A DNA stretch of 63,409 bases, counting the filler, from Bigelowiella natans CCMP2755 (Eukaryota > Protista > Cercozoa): NCBI GenBank assembly GCA_000320545.1. It is 6 parts of 6 records of this genome, joined end to end, with 100 filler letters (N's around TTAATTAATTAA, not from the genome) between each part and the next. Parts side by side here need not be neighbours in the genome. Positions count along the whole stretch, not along the records: positions 26,123 to 53,310 come from ADNK01002250.1; positions 53,411 to 57,333 come from ADNK01002975.1; positions 57,434 to 61,758 come from ADNK01003299.1; 3 more parts are not named here. One strand, written 5' to 3'. Of the stretch, positions 47,754 through 58,260 are shown in pieces. Positions within the stretch are counted from its first letter, which is position 1; each line of letters starts with the position of its first letter. Under the pieces are notes generated by a model. That model searched no databases. It had not been told where the DNA came from and saw only the letters and a program-made list of their open reading frames with translations. The position numbers and the translations under genes are program-made.

Positions 47754-48097
47754 TATTTCTCCATATATGCTGTTTCGAAACAACAGCAGCAGCAGCAGCA
47801 GCGCTATCTAGACCAAACGAGCGCATATGTAAGTTGCGATCATTGGTCCGTTGTGCACAGACGGTTCGTTTATTCATTATTCCAGGCAGCGGCATCTCTG
47901 CAGTAGTAGTATGTAGGTAGGAAGGGAGCACGTGCAATGAAGGAAAAGCTCGAGTCTGCACGTGGAGAAAGAAGCCAACTACAATCTCTGTTGTTATTAC
48001 CCAAGTTTATTATCAACTTAGCAAGTATTGCAAGCATGTTCAGCAATGAAGTGATCGATGAAATGATCTCTATGATCGCAGCTGCTATATATGGCGA

Positions 48098-48127
48098 TAT
48101 ATATATATGTATATATGTATATATATG
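48098..48127. repeat. (TA)15 tract at the LINE 3' flank (12 TA + 3 TG)
   Basis: Read directly; lies about 20 nt after the ORF2 stop on the minus strand. Confidence 0.9.
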
Positions 48128-48146
48128 AGACGGATGTAATGAAGAA

Positions 48147-51100
48147 TTAAATTTTTTCAATGGTCATCCTGATGTAGCTGTGCAATGCAGCGGCTACAGC
48201 GCTAATGTTACATCTGTTGGTTTCTGCCACCACGTGCTTCATGCAATTGAAAGCGTCCTCATGCGACCGATGTTGCCGCGCACTGCGCGCAGCAGTTCTG
48301 GAGTCCTTTTCAGCCTTTGTCAGCCGGTTCGTGTCGTCGTTGCGATTCATGATCGCGCGCATTTGATTGCGCAATCTGATTTGTTCTCGACTGTGTGTTG
48401 GACATTGCAGGAGATGATCCATGTCCTTCAGGATGCCACATGCATCGCACGTGGCATCTTTCTCTGTGCATTGTCCACGTGAGAACATGAATTTTCCAAG
48501 ATTGCCGACATCACAGATGGCGCGCATCCATGATGTGGCAACACTTGGAAGTTTTGGTTTGATGCCGGTGATCGAAGATGACGGGAGGAATCCAAGATTC
48601 TTGAGATGCACAGCGCGCAATGAATCATTGGACCATTCCTCTTCGAATTCGTTGAAAGCACAGGATTTCATCACCTTGTGATGTTTTTTCAGTTCTTTTT
48701 TCAGCGCCTCTGTTGTCGCCAAAACGGTGGGCAATTCGTCATCTAACAAATCGTCAGTGATCGATTTGAGCCGACGAAACCAGGATGCTTTGTTCCACGC
48801 ATTTGTGGACACATCAATCCACGATGTGCCATCTGGCATTTTTCGATTTTCAATGATGAAGCCACAACTGCTCCAATCATTTGTTCCCTCATGGATTTGA
48901 GGACCGCTGCCTGTGTCGATCCATGCATCAGTGCGCAACCATGATTTGGCACACTGCACTTTGGTTTGACGTCGGGGTGGCAACGTGCCAGTGAGGACGT
49001 GGGGGACGTCGTTGGAGATGGATCCAGGTGATCCCAATGCACGTTTCAGGGTTTGGGATTCCATGGAATCCATCTGTTTTGTTCGCATGTTTCTTCGTGA
49101 TCTCCACATTGGAGCTGCGCATCTGCTGGATGCAAGGAACCATGATTTGCAAAATTTTAGTCCAACACTTGGCGGTGCGAGGTGTCTGGAATGACACAAC
49201 CTTGACAAAAACCTTCGCTTCTTTTGCAATCTCAGGTGAGAAGCAAGAGCATGTTTTTCAAAGGTTGATTTGTTGTCGAAGATCAGTCCGAGACATCTGC
49301 CGCTGTCGACTCTTTTCACTTTGCCTTGGAGATTGAGAGAGATGTTCCAGGAGGTTTGGTGTCGGCAGGCTTTGTTTCTTTTGTCAATTGTGAGGTGCCC
49401 GCTCTTGTCCCCATTGAATCGCATCCACCATTTCATGCACCAGTCCGTCACTTGGTTCAGGTCGGCCTGGATGTCACCTTGCATTTTCCCCCATCGGTTT
49501 GGCGAAAACAATTTGTGGGGGGTGACGTCGTCACAGTGCACTTGGAAATCTGTGTTGGTGATTTGTTCGCAAGTGTCGCAACAGGTTGTGAAAAGGAAAC
49601 AGCTGAGAGATGATCCTTCGGGGACGCCGCTCCCAAGGTTCATGTGCTCAGAGAGAGTGTTGCCAAATCTGAATCTGGCGGTGCTATCTCTGAGCCAGTC
49701 GTCGATCCACAGCAACAGCGAGCCTCGCATTCCGCATTTGTCATGCAACTTGCGTGTCATGCCGGAATGCCAGGCTTTTGGATGAGCTTTGGAGGCATCT
49801 GCAAACAACATGATGGCTGCAAGCTTTTCATCGTGCACTCCATCCTCGATTGACTGCGTCATCTTTGTGAGTGCAGTTTCACAGGATCGATTTTTCGTGA
49901 ATGCGCACTGATGTTTGCTGACATTTTTGGGGGGCACAGCTTCGCGGAGACGTTGCTCCATTGGTTTGTCTTCCATTTTTGAAGCTATTTGCAGGAGAGA
50001 AATCGTTCTCCCGTTGAGAGGGGTGTCAAGTTCTTTGTTGGCCTTGGGGATGAGACAAAAAATGGCCGCCTTGCGTGAGCCATCTCGGGCACCCCATCCA
50101 CATGACATGTTGAATGCAGCTGACCATGGTTCATGGAGTTTTTTGCTTTTTTTCAATGTGTTCAGGTGAACACCATCATCGCCAGGAGACTTGCACGGTG
50201 ATGCTTTGTTGATCACGTTTCTCAGTTCACACATGGAAAAATCTCTGTTGTGTGAATTGACACTGTGAATCTTTTTGTCTTCACTTTCCCTGAAGGCACT
50301 TCTCCAGGCCTCAGTTTCAGCGTGAAAGGTTCGATTTTTCTTGTCTGACGGGTGTGATTTGCAGATGTGTTTCCACTTCGCAACACACACTTCACATTTT
50401 TCATCTTCAGAGGTTTCGCCGTCGAGTCCTCCGAGTTCATCCCGCCCTCTGGATTTTTGGAATGATTTGCACAGCACTCTGGCATGATTCCCATTGTTGT
50501 GTTTTTCAAAGCGAGACAAAAACAATTGCCATGCTTCGCACTGAAGGGTTTCGGTGGTTCGATCAAGTTCAGCGTTGATTTCTTGGATCTTGGTTTCCAT
50601 CAATTTTCTCTTCCGAAATTTCCTTCCATGTTTCAAGGATCCAAGTGACTTTTCTTGTTGATCTTTGATGAATTTGCATTTTTTGTCGTTTTGGTGTGGC
50701 TTGATTGGACTCCAACGTTGTCGTTTTTTTGGTGTGCAACCATCAAAAGCTTTTCCGGTGAAGTCCCAGAACCAGCGTTCAAGCTTTTTTGCATCAGCCT
50801 CCGATTGAACGTTTGATGTGCGCTGGTGCAAGTGTTCGGTGACATCATTCAATTTTTCGTCAAATCGTTTCACATCAAATTTGTCGACATCACACATCAT
50901 TGGTGAAGTCTGTTGATGGATTGCCACAGGTTTTCCAAAGTGGACACCGAAATGGTCACTTGTCGTGGTGTGGGCCATCTGATGTTCTGTTTGGTGATGA
51001 TGGACATGCAATGCACAACGTGCATGATGCACACAGCTGTGTCCATCATGGTGTGCGAAGTTTGAGGAGCACAGCACATGATCAAGTGTGCTTGTGTTTC

Positions 51101-51698
51101 CTTTTCTGAAGCATGTGGCTTCCCCAGGGTTGATCATCATGATGTCATCATCCGACAACCACTGGTGCAAACATCTGCCACGTCTGTCTTCTTGGTTTCG
51201 GACATCGCAGGTGGAGTGCTCAGCGTCAGTGTCCCCCACTGTGATGTGTTTTTTCCATTTCTGTTTCCGAATGATGTTCATCATGAAATCTGATCTCTCT
51301 TTCAGATGTGAGATGTTTTGGTGTGGTTGGAGGTGCACCCTTGTGACAGCGTGTTTTTCAATGCAGTGTGTGAAAAAACCAATGTCGCAATTGTTGTCTT
51401 CTGTGGGTGCATGAATCACATCTGTGTTCTTTTTTCTCAATCCAAAGCTCCCAGAGGAGCCGCTCGTCCGAATCACTTCGTGTCCCGCTGGAGGATGCAG
51501 CCTCTCCGACTCTTTGAGGCGGCCTTCCCCAAACCAGGCGAGTTCGATGTTGTTGGTGGTTGTCATTTCTTTTGACATGTCACATCTTCTGTTTGTTCTT
51601 TGCCTGCCTTGTTCAGTTCCGTTTTTGCTGCGCATGTTTTGGTAGCAGCATGGGAGACTCAAATGATCAACCATCTTTGCGTGTCCTTTTGTTTTCAC
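48147..51698 (-). pseudogene. LINE ORF2, open for 1183 aa but catalytically degenerate
   Basis: APE: CYQNMRS, VGDTDAEH (GDxN), TLDHVL, SDH. RT: SPGDDG, LIPK, RTISLL, QCAF, DASKAH, GVPEGSSLS, VHCDD (YxDD), RCLG (YLG). C-terminal CDACGILKDMDHLLQC. Only 2 Tyr. Confidence 0.88.
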
Positions 51699-52078
51699 AT
51701 GCCCTGAATCGTGGGTAGCTGCCCTGATGTGTGATTTGTGAATTCAGCAGTTTGGTGACCTCTTCATGCGAGTGCACGAACAGCTGAACTAGAGGGCCCT
51801 TGCCGAGAGGTTCTGCTGCTGCGACTTTCACATCGATGTTGGTTTCGATTGTCTGCTTGATGATTCCATTTCGTGTTGATTTTTCCTGCTCGTTAGGTCC
51901 CAGCCTTGGGCTTCTCAGAACTGCAGAGTGCTCACTTGGCCTTGATTTAGCTGCTCTGACCATGGTCACCAATCCAAAGAGTGAGGGAAGGAACGATCCT
52001 TGTCCTAACTGGTGTTCGGTGTTGAGCAGATCCAGGCAAGCATCCATCTTTGATTCTCTGGAGCCTTTGAAGAACACT
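51667..52078 (-). pseudogene. Possible short or truncated LINE ORF1
   Basis: Open frame whose end (AAA GAT GGT TGA) overlaps the ATG of MVDHLSLPCCYQN at the APE start; no domain recognised, and TpA loss alone can open frames. Confidence 0.35.
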
Positions 52079-52108
52079 TGTGCATGTGTGTATGTGCACA
52101 CATGTGCA
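52079..52108. repeat. Fossil (TA)15 tract converted to a TG/CA mosaic at the LINE 5' flank
   Basis: TG TG CA TG TG TG TA TG TG CA CA CA TG TG CA: every in-register dinucleotide is TG, CA or TA. Confidence 0.75.
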
Positions 52109-52735
52109 AGCCGTCTCACACTAGCACATTCATATGCACCTAATGTGCAGTCTAGCAGTGCAGCATATCTCTATTATTCGCCGCTAAATCTAGCCATGCT
52201 AGCATGCACGATGAACATGACGCATCCGTGCTCTCTAGCTCGGACAGCATCTATCTTGAAATGTGTGCAAGAATCTTGCTCCTGCTGTAGCAAGTTTAAC
52301 GCTTACTAGCTTACTGCGATCGGTGCTGTGAGGTCTAGAGGTGCATGGAGTGCATGGTTAGCAATATTAATGAGTCGGTAGTCAAGAGCGCTATGACACC
52401 ACTACACGCTGCGTGACCACCTAGATCATGCTATCTGCTGTTATAGTCGACTTCTCGACTTACTGTGCGATGTAAAGTCTTATGCAAAGCGAAGCAAGCG
52501 AGAGCGGTCTCCAATCATCCACTAGCTATCCCTTCTAGCCTTCATAGCACTTGCCTTTTAGCTACAGCACTATTATTTGAAACGTATTTGGCCACAACAA
52601 GTAAGCTTAGCTTGATACGCCTCATGAGCGAGTTGTCCGCAAAAGTAGAAAGATATTGCACGCTCAAATGCCAGGTTGCGGCTACATGATACTCTGTTTC
52701 TCTCGTTAGCTACGTAGAGCCGCTCCTTCCTCTCT

Positions 52736-53233
52736 TTACATCTTTCCAACGCAGAGATATGCATCATTGCCTTCGTCGTCTTCATCGCCTTGGGATCCAA
52801 AGGGATTCTCCTTTTGGTTCCACAATTTCCGCTCTTGATCATACGCTGTAGCGTTTAAGCTCATCGGCGCAATCCGGCGCCGCCGTGCAACACTCTTCGG
52901 ACTAGTTTTGTGGCTCCCCGCCGCAGCATCTGCTTTCTCGTGGTCGCTACCGACGCTCGCTATTCTACGGTTTTTCCTGCTCGAGGACGATGATGAAAGC
53001 GCCGTTTTCATTATGGGCTCCCCATATATATCTTCCTGCAAGTGCGCCGCTCTATCATCGCCGTCATCTGGATGGGTTGCTGCTCCCCGCCGACCAATAG
53101 TCATCACACCGCCTTTCTCGCTAGTTGCCTCAGGGATCTTCCGAGTACGGACATATTTTGGGTGGATGTGCATCCCTTCGTCGCCGTCTTCTAATGCGAT
53201 GTTGTAGTACCCATCTGCCAATACCTTCACAAC
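52736..53233 (-). CDS. Last exon of a gene with a Tudor/Agenet-like motif (partial)
   Basis: Acceptor CCTTATCAG, then VVKVLADGYYNIALEDGDEGMHIHPKYVR followed by a low-complexity tail to TAA. Confidence 0.5.
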   Translation of the reverse strand, partial: VVKVLADGYYNIALEDGDEGMHIHPKYVRTRKIPEATSEKGGVMTIGRRGAATHPDDGDDRAAHLQEDIYGEPIMKTALSSSSSSRKNRRIASVGSDHEKADAAAGSHKTSPKSVARRRRIAPMSLNATAYDQERKLWNQKENPFGSQGDEDDEGNDAYLCVGKM

Positions 53234-53310
53234 CTGATAAGGAGGAAAGATGCGGAGGAGGAGGAGGAGGAGGGAGGGGAAGGGGGGGGGAAAGGGGGGG
53301 GGGGGGGGGG

Positions 53311-53410
53311 NNNNNNNNNNNNNNNNNNNNNNNNNNNNNNNNNNNNNNNNNNNNTTAATTAATTAANNNNNNNNNNNNNNNNNNNNNNNNNNNNNNNNNN
53401 NNNNNNNNNN
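53311..53410. other. Artificial contig spacer
   Basis: N44-TTAATTAATTAA-N44. Confidence 0.98.
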
Positions 53411-54220
53411 TGTGTGTGTGTGTGTGTGTGTGTGCGTGTAAGAAAGTGTTTGTAAGGAAGTGTTTGTGGAAGCGTGTACATTATTATACTGCGACACAAG
53501 AAATAGTAGGAGTAGTTGTGTGTTTGATGGTAGCAGCCACCGCATGTATGTATGTTGGTGATATATCTGACTTTTTATCATCGTCGTCATTATCGTCATC
53601 GTCGTCATCATCTTGTGGTTGACTGTATGATTATTGAATTTATGCCTACAATATACATGAAGAGTAATTACTAACACATAACAGCTGACCGAATCAGTGG
53701 ATTTTGAGGACTCTATCAAGCACTACTTCAATGTACAACTACTCCTACTACCACTACTACTACTTACTACTGCTACTTTGGCCAGCAGCAGAGAGAGAGT
53801 CGATGATGATATTTCATGAAGAAGCGAATGAAAATTTTTCGCGCATTGATGATGATGATGATGATGATGACGATGACGATGTATAGAAACTGCTGCTGCT
53901 TTGTTCTGTTTGTTGTGTTAAAAAATAATGATAGTAGTAGTATTTGTACCTGCTACTACAACAACCTTCAAGGGATTGACTACTTGGTGGTGACATATGA
54001 TGTTGATGAGCGATAGTATCTTTCCTCTAATTTGTTCTTTTTCCTTCTTCTTTGTGGTTCCCACGTTTAAAAGGGTCGTAAGCGCAGTTCAGGTGTTGGA
54101 AGTCTTTCTTCTTCATCTGTATCTTCGTCGGCAGCAGCAGCAGCACCTCTAGCAAGGCTCTTTGGGAATAACGACGATGATACTACTGCTGCTGCTGCTG
54201 GGAATCAAAAAGGTAGGTGT

Positions 54221-54253
<33 letters not shown>

Positions 54254-55379
54254 CTTTTATATGATGAGGAGTAATTGTGGATTTGTTTTAATTAATTTCT
54301 TTACGTGTGTAATAATCGTTTCTTTAGAGATGAGTATGGAGGAGGCAGTTGCAGCTATTGAAAGGGTGCTGTCTCTCGTCGTCTTCTTTACATCTCATGC
54401 ATTGTTTACAAGAATTTCTTTGCTCTTCCTACATGTCATGCATTGTTTACAAGAATTTTTTTGATCTTCCTACGATCTAAATGGCTTTTCCTTAAATTGT
54501 TGCTGCTAATTCAGGCTGCATATCAGAATGGCGTGACCGATGTAATATAGAGTTTCTATTGCTTCTAATTGTTTAGTGCAATAATATAGAGATTGACCAA
54601 TAGCGACAAGTAGTGTATCTATCTTTGCGAACAACTACGACGTGATATTATCCTAACAAATGCCAGGTCTTGCAAAGTTTAGCCCGCCAAGAATTCCAAC
54701 AGCAACTGAAAGATTCGACAGGGAAGAAAAATTCAGAGAAAAGAAGCATGGTAGCAAGCATTCCCACCTCACTTACTGAGGAAGACATGATGATGACTAC
54801 TATCACACACTAATGATTTCCACACACAAAGTTGTGTCTAAAGCTATTCTATGTTTGATATTGCACTTCAACCATCAGTGTGTAGTGGTAAGTGGTGAAA
54901 TAATGAATGTTGCGTCATAGGAGTTACAATGATGTTTCTAGCCTGATTCCTGCCGAATCGTTGTTGTTGTTGTTGTTGTTGTTGTTATCACACTATCTCT
55001 CGCCGTTCAGCTCGGCACTGTTCTTGAGAATATGCAAAGTATGTTCGGGGCCGCTCATCAGGCACAGCAATCCTTTCAACCGTCGCGAATCAGCGACAAA
55101 AGTCGTTCTTCAGAGTACGATAAGAAGGCACCCTCCACAAAAGATCATGTTCATGGCGATGAAAATAATGGTGGCGTTTAATTATTTACATTCTAACAAT
55201 GCAGGGGTTTGCTTTGGGATCACAAATGAGCAGCGCTACACGCATGCCATTAAATGATTAAAATTCGACAACGTTTATTACGTGTAGCATATTTGGTGTT
55301 TTCAGCTTGACAGAAGGAGTTATTGTAACAGAGAGTCTAAATCGTACGTACACCTGTGCAATCAGAAGCGCTATTATCT

Positions 55380-56320
55380 AGTTATGCCTTTCGATCTCGC
55401 TAGCTCGCTCGGATTTAACAAGTCGGCTAGTCAGCATGACCTAGTGACCATTTAAAATGTGATAATTTCATTGCATCGACCAGTCTCACACACCTAGACA
55501 TCAAAGCGGCGCTTTGCAGTGATGATCGATTTGCTAGTTTGCGTAGGCTGCATGTTGCAACAAACTTGCAAGCGCAAATCAATCGTTTGTTTATTAGCGC
55601 GTGCACAAGAATCAAAACGAATGTTTGCCATGTGCATGCGTGCATAATCACATGCTGTGGATCACAGGACCGCGGTGCCTTTATTGCACCGCCGCATACA
55701 TCGCAAGCAAATCAAATTTGTCATCCCACAATGTACGTAGCTGTGCAAGCTACAGCTACAACACTCATACTGTCTAGCTGTGTTATAATTTGGTTAGTTT
55801 TGTAATCATGCATGCTAGCTAGCATGCCATCTTCGAAAATACGTCATGTCTAAATCTAGAGACATGCTAGCATGTGTACATGTGCATGTCTAGATGTGCA
55901 TGAACACTACTTAGACTAGAATATGCTGGCATGTGCACATGCATAGCTCTAGCTAGCTAGAGCTATCTAGCTATGATAGGATGTCTAGATGTGGCTGTTG
56001 AAATGAAAGTGTAACATCATTTTATCACACTCTTCATCTCACATGCATTTACATTCAGCACACACCGATTCTCGTAGTAACAAACAACTCTAAAACTCGA
56101 CGCACATCTATAGCTAGAGCTAGGAGTGACATGTCGATCTAAATGTACAATGCTGCGCCTAGAGCGCATCAGGCGAGCTAGCGAGCTTGTACGCTGAGCT
56201 TCACATCACATCACATGGTCACATTTTGCGAAGTAACTCCGTGTATGTTTTCTAGACACTTAGATGCAAATTATTGCGTACCTCTGTGTGCTGTGGCACA
56301 CGACATACCTAAAACCTAGG
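55380..56320. repeat. CTAG/CATG-rich low-complexity intergenic tract
   Basis: Frequent ctag, gctagc, catgc and tctaga, same style as 1650-3330 but with more residual TpA. Confidence 0.7.
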
Positions 56321-56326
56321 GACTTC

Positions 56327-57241
56327 CTATAAGTTGCCTCTCATTTTCCCGACCTTGAGTCTCTTCAAATTCGAGACGAGCAATCTAGTTGAGCTCTTTG
56401 ATTTACTCCCAACACCATTGCTTCTTGAAGAACTCAAATGTTTTCTCTTTTTTTTTTTACTGCCAGATTTGGTCTTCTTCGATGTTGGCATTTTTACATT
56501 GATATTCGACACGGTTTGATGTGTCATGCACTTTTTGATTCCTGTGCTGATTTCTTTGCTCCTTCCTCCTGACGTGTTATTCTTTCTACTCCTAGGAGTG
56601 AGGGACCGATCTTGGAGCCAAATTGGGGTGGTTGTGAAAGATTGTTGCTTAGTATTTGATCTGTTGCTTCTCCTTGTTCTACTACAAGCAGCAGCCCTCC
56701 AATTCAACTCTGCTGCTTTGTGCTTGCTAATACCACCTCTGCATGGATTGCTGCTGCTGCTGCTGCTACTACTACTATTATCACTACTACTATAACTACC
56801 CTTCTGGGATACCTTACTTGCCGAACTAACATGATCACCATCGTCACCTGAGCTGTTCCTTTTTTTTGTCTTGATCTCCTTTTTGTGGTGTTGTAGGAAA
56901 TTGATCTCACATGATGATTCAAGGGCAGTCATGTCGATTGGTTCCTGCTTTCCCCACCCAAACACCTCAAAGATAGTGTCAGAATAAGAAGTGGATGAGA
57001 TATCATCATCGTCACTATTTTCGTACTCTCCTTCACCATCGTTCCTATATGAGGTATCATCATCATCATCATCATCCTCCTCATCGAAGTCTCTGGAGAT
57101 TCCTTCCGCATACTCTGCAAAGTCAGTAGTCCCCACAAATCTCTCACTGGTTCGATGGCGTTTATGGGTAGCACAACTTGAAGGAGGAGGAGGCTGAAAA
57201 GAACAGTATTCTCCCTTCTGAGAACTAGAAGATTGTTCCAT
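56327..57241 (-). CDS. Hypothetical Ser/Lys/Asp-rich low-complexity protein
   Basis: 304 aa uninterrupted ORF with an acidic tract and basic NLS-like clusters; no domain recognised. Confidence 0.45.
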   Translation of the reverse strand: MEQSSSSQKGEYCSFQPPPPSSCATHKRHRTSERFVGTTDFAEYAEGISRDFDEEDDDDDDDTSYRNDGEGEYENSDDDDISSTSYSDTIFEVFGWGKQEPIDMTALESSCEINFLQHHKKEIKTKKRNSSGDDGDHVSSASKVSQKGSYSSSDNSSSSSSSSSNPCRGGISKHKAAELNWRAAACSRTRRSNRSNTKQQSFTTTPIWLQDRSLTPRSRKNNTSGGRSKEISTGIKKCMTHQTVSNINVKMPTSKKTKSGSKKKKRKHLSSSRSNGVGSKSKSSTRLLVSNLKRLKVGKMRGNL

Positions 57242-57333
57242 ATCACCATCATCATCATCTTCTTCCCCTTTCTCTCCTTCATTTTCTTCCTTTAAATCCA
57301 GGTGGGAGGCTACTCTTTTTAACCCCCTCCTAG

Positions 57334-57433
57334 NNNNNNNNNNNNNNNNNNNNNNNNNNNNNNNNNNNNNNNNNNNNTTAATTAATTAANNNNNNNNNNN
57401 NNNNNNNNNNNNNNNNNNNNNNNNNNNNNNNNN
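57334..57433. other. Artificial contig spacer
   Basis: N44-TTAATTAATTAA-N44. Confidence 0.98.
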
Positions 57434-58260
57434 TAAATATCAACCATAGCAGATCTTCACTGGCGGGGCAACTACGATTTTAAGTTAATTAAGAGGTACC
57501 AATCGCAGTCTGCTACACCGCATCTAGATGTACCCTAGGCGTTGATTAGTGTAGCTGAAAGTGCATGCATTGCTGATGCGCATGTGTTAACTAGTTCAGT
57601 AAACATGTATGCATATAGCACGCCGTGCGCACGACGTAACGGCAGGAGCAGCCAAGCTGCAATTGGCGACACGCATCTGTATAGCGTGTCGATCACACGT
57701 ATCATAGCGTGTGTGCGTACGGTTTGTATAATGCTATGACGACACTTGCTGCTGCGCTGCTGCTAGTCGTAGCTAGAATATAAAGCAAAATGCAGGCGCC
57801 TATACATGATAATTGCGCCTGCTACGCGTTATTATCTGAGCGCCTCGTCGCTCTGTTCTGCTAATTATATAATATATAAGTACGCAACGTGCGTGCAACA
57901 TGCACCGCATCGTACGTTTCACATCGAGCTTATTGCTTCACCATCGATTATATATGCACGTGCGGGCCATCGCCATGCCATGAGCTGCAAAAGTCTGATG
58001 AGATGTGTGGGTCGAAGAATCCACGAATATAACATGATCATCAGCAGGGCAGTTTCAACAATGATACTATGCTGCGCGCTTGTGCTTCGTGGTAGAGTGC
58101 TATGCTCTGCTTACTTGAGATCACAAAGTGGGTGTAATAGTTTGTTTTCGTTTGCGCAGTTCAATGCATGGCACGGTTGAGAGGTCGTGACGCACGATTG
58201 GTAGTGATGAATGTGAATAGATGATCTTAGTTTTATCCGGCAAAAGAGTTTAGCTAAACC

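Larger units (their letters stand above)
48128..52078 (-). mobile_element. Non-LTR retrotransposon (LINE; APE endonuclease + RT + CCHC finger), TpA-hypermutated
   Basis: ORF2 domains, a short upstream ORF overlapping the ORF2 start, and (TA)n-derived tracts at both ends. Confidence 0.9.

Noticed and set aside
48147-51698. Alternative genetic code or Tyr codon reassignment
   Set aside because: TpA is lost in all codon positions and across codon junctions, while neighbouring genes and the Gypsy use Tyr normally.
48147-52078. Fungal RIP or CpG-methylation decay as the source of the TG/CA excess
   Set aside because: Those are C->T processes that deplete CpA or CpG and add TpA or stops; here CpG is common, TpA is missing and the ORF is open.
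48147-52108. ADAR-type A-to-I editing of the element RNA before integration
   Set aside because: That would give A->G on one strand only and stop at the element ends; both A->G and T->C are seen, and flanking and intergenic DNA show the same signature.
48180-52309. Many overlapping ORFs on both strands of the LINE
   Set aside because: By-product of TAA/TAG loss; no domains recognised.
53411-55300. Possible gene in a low-complexity contig start, including a 41-bp tandem duplication near 54391-54473
   Set aside because: No consistent spliced frame or motif could be reconstructed.
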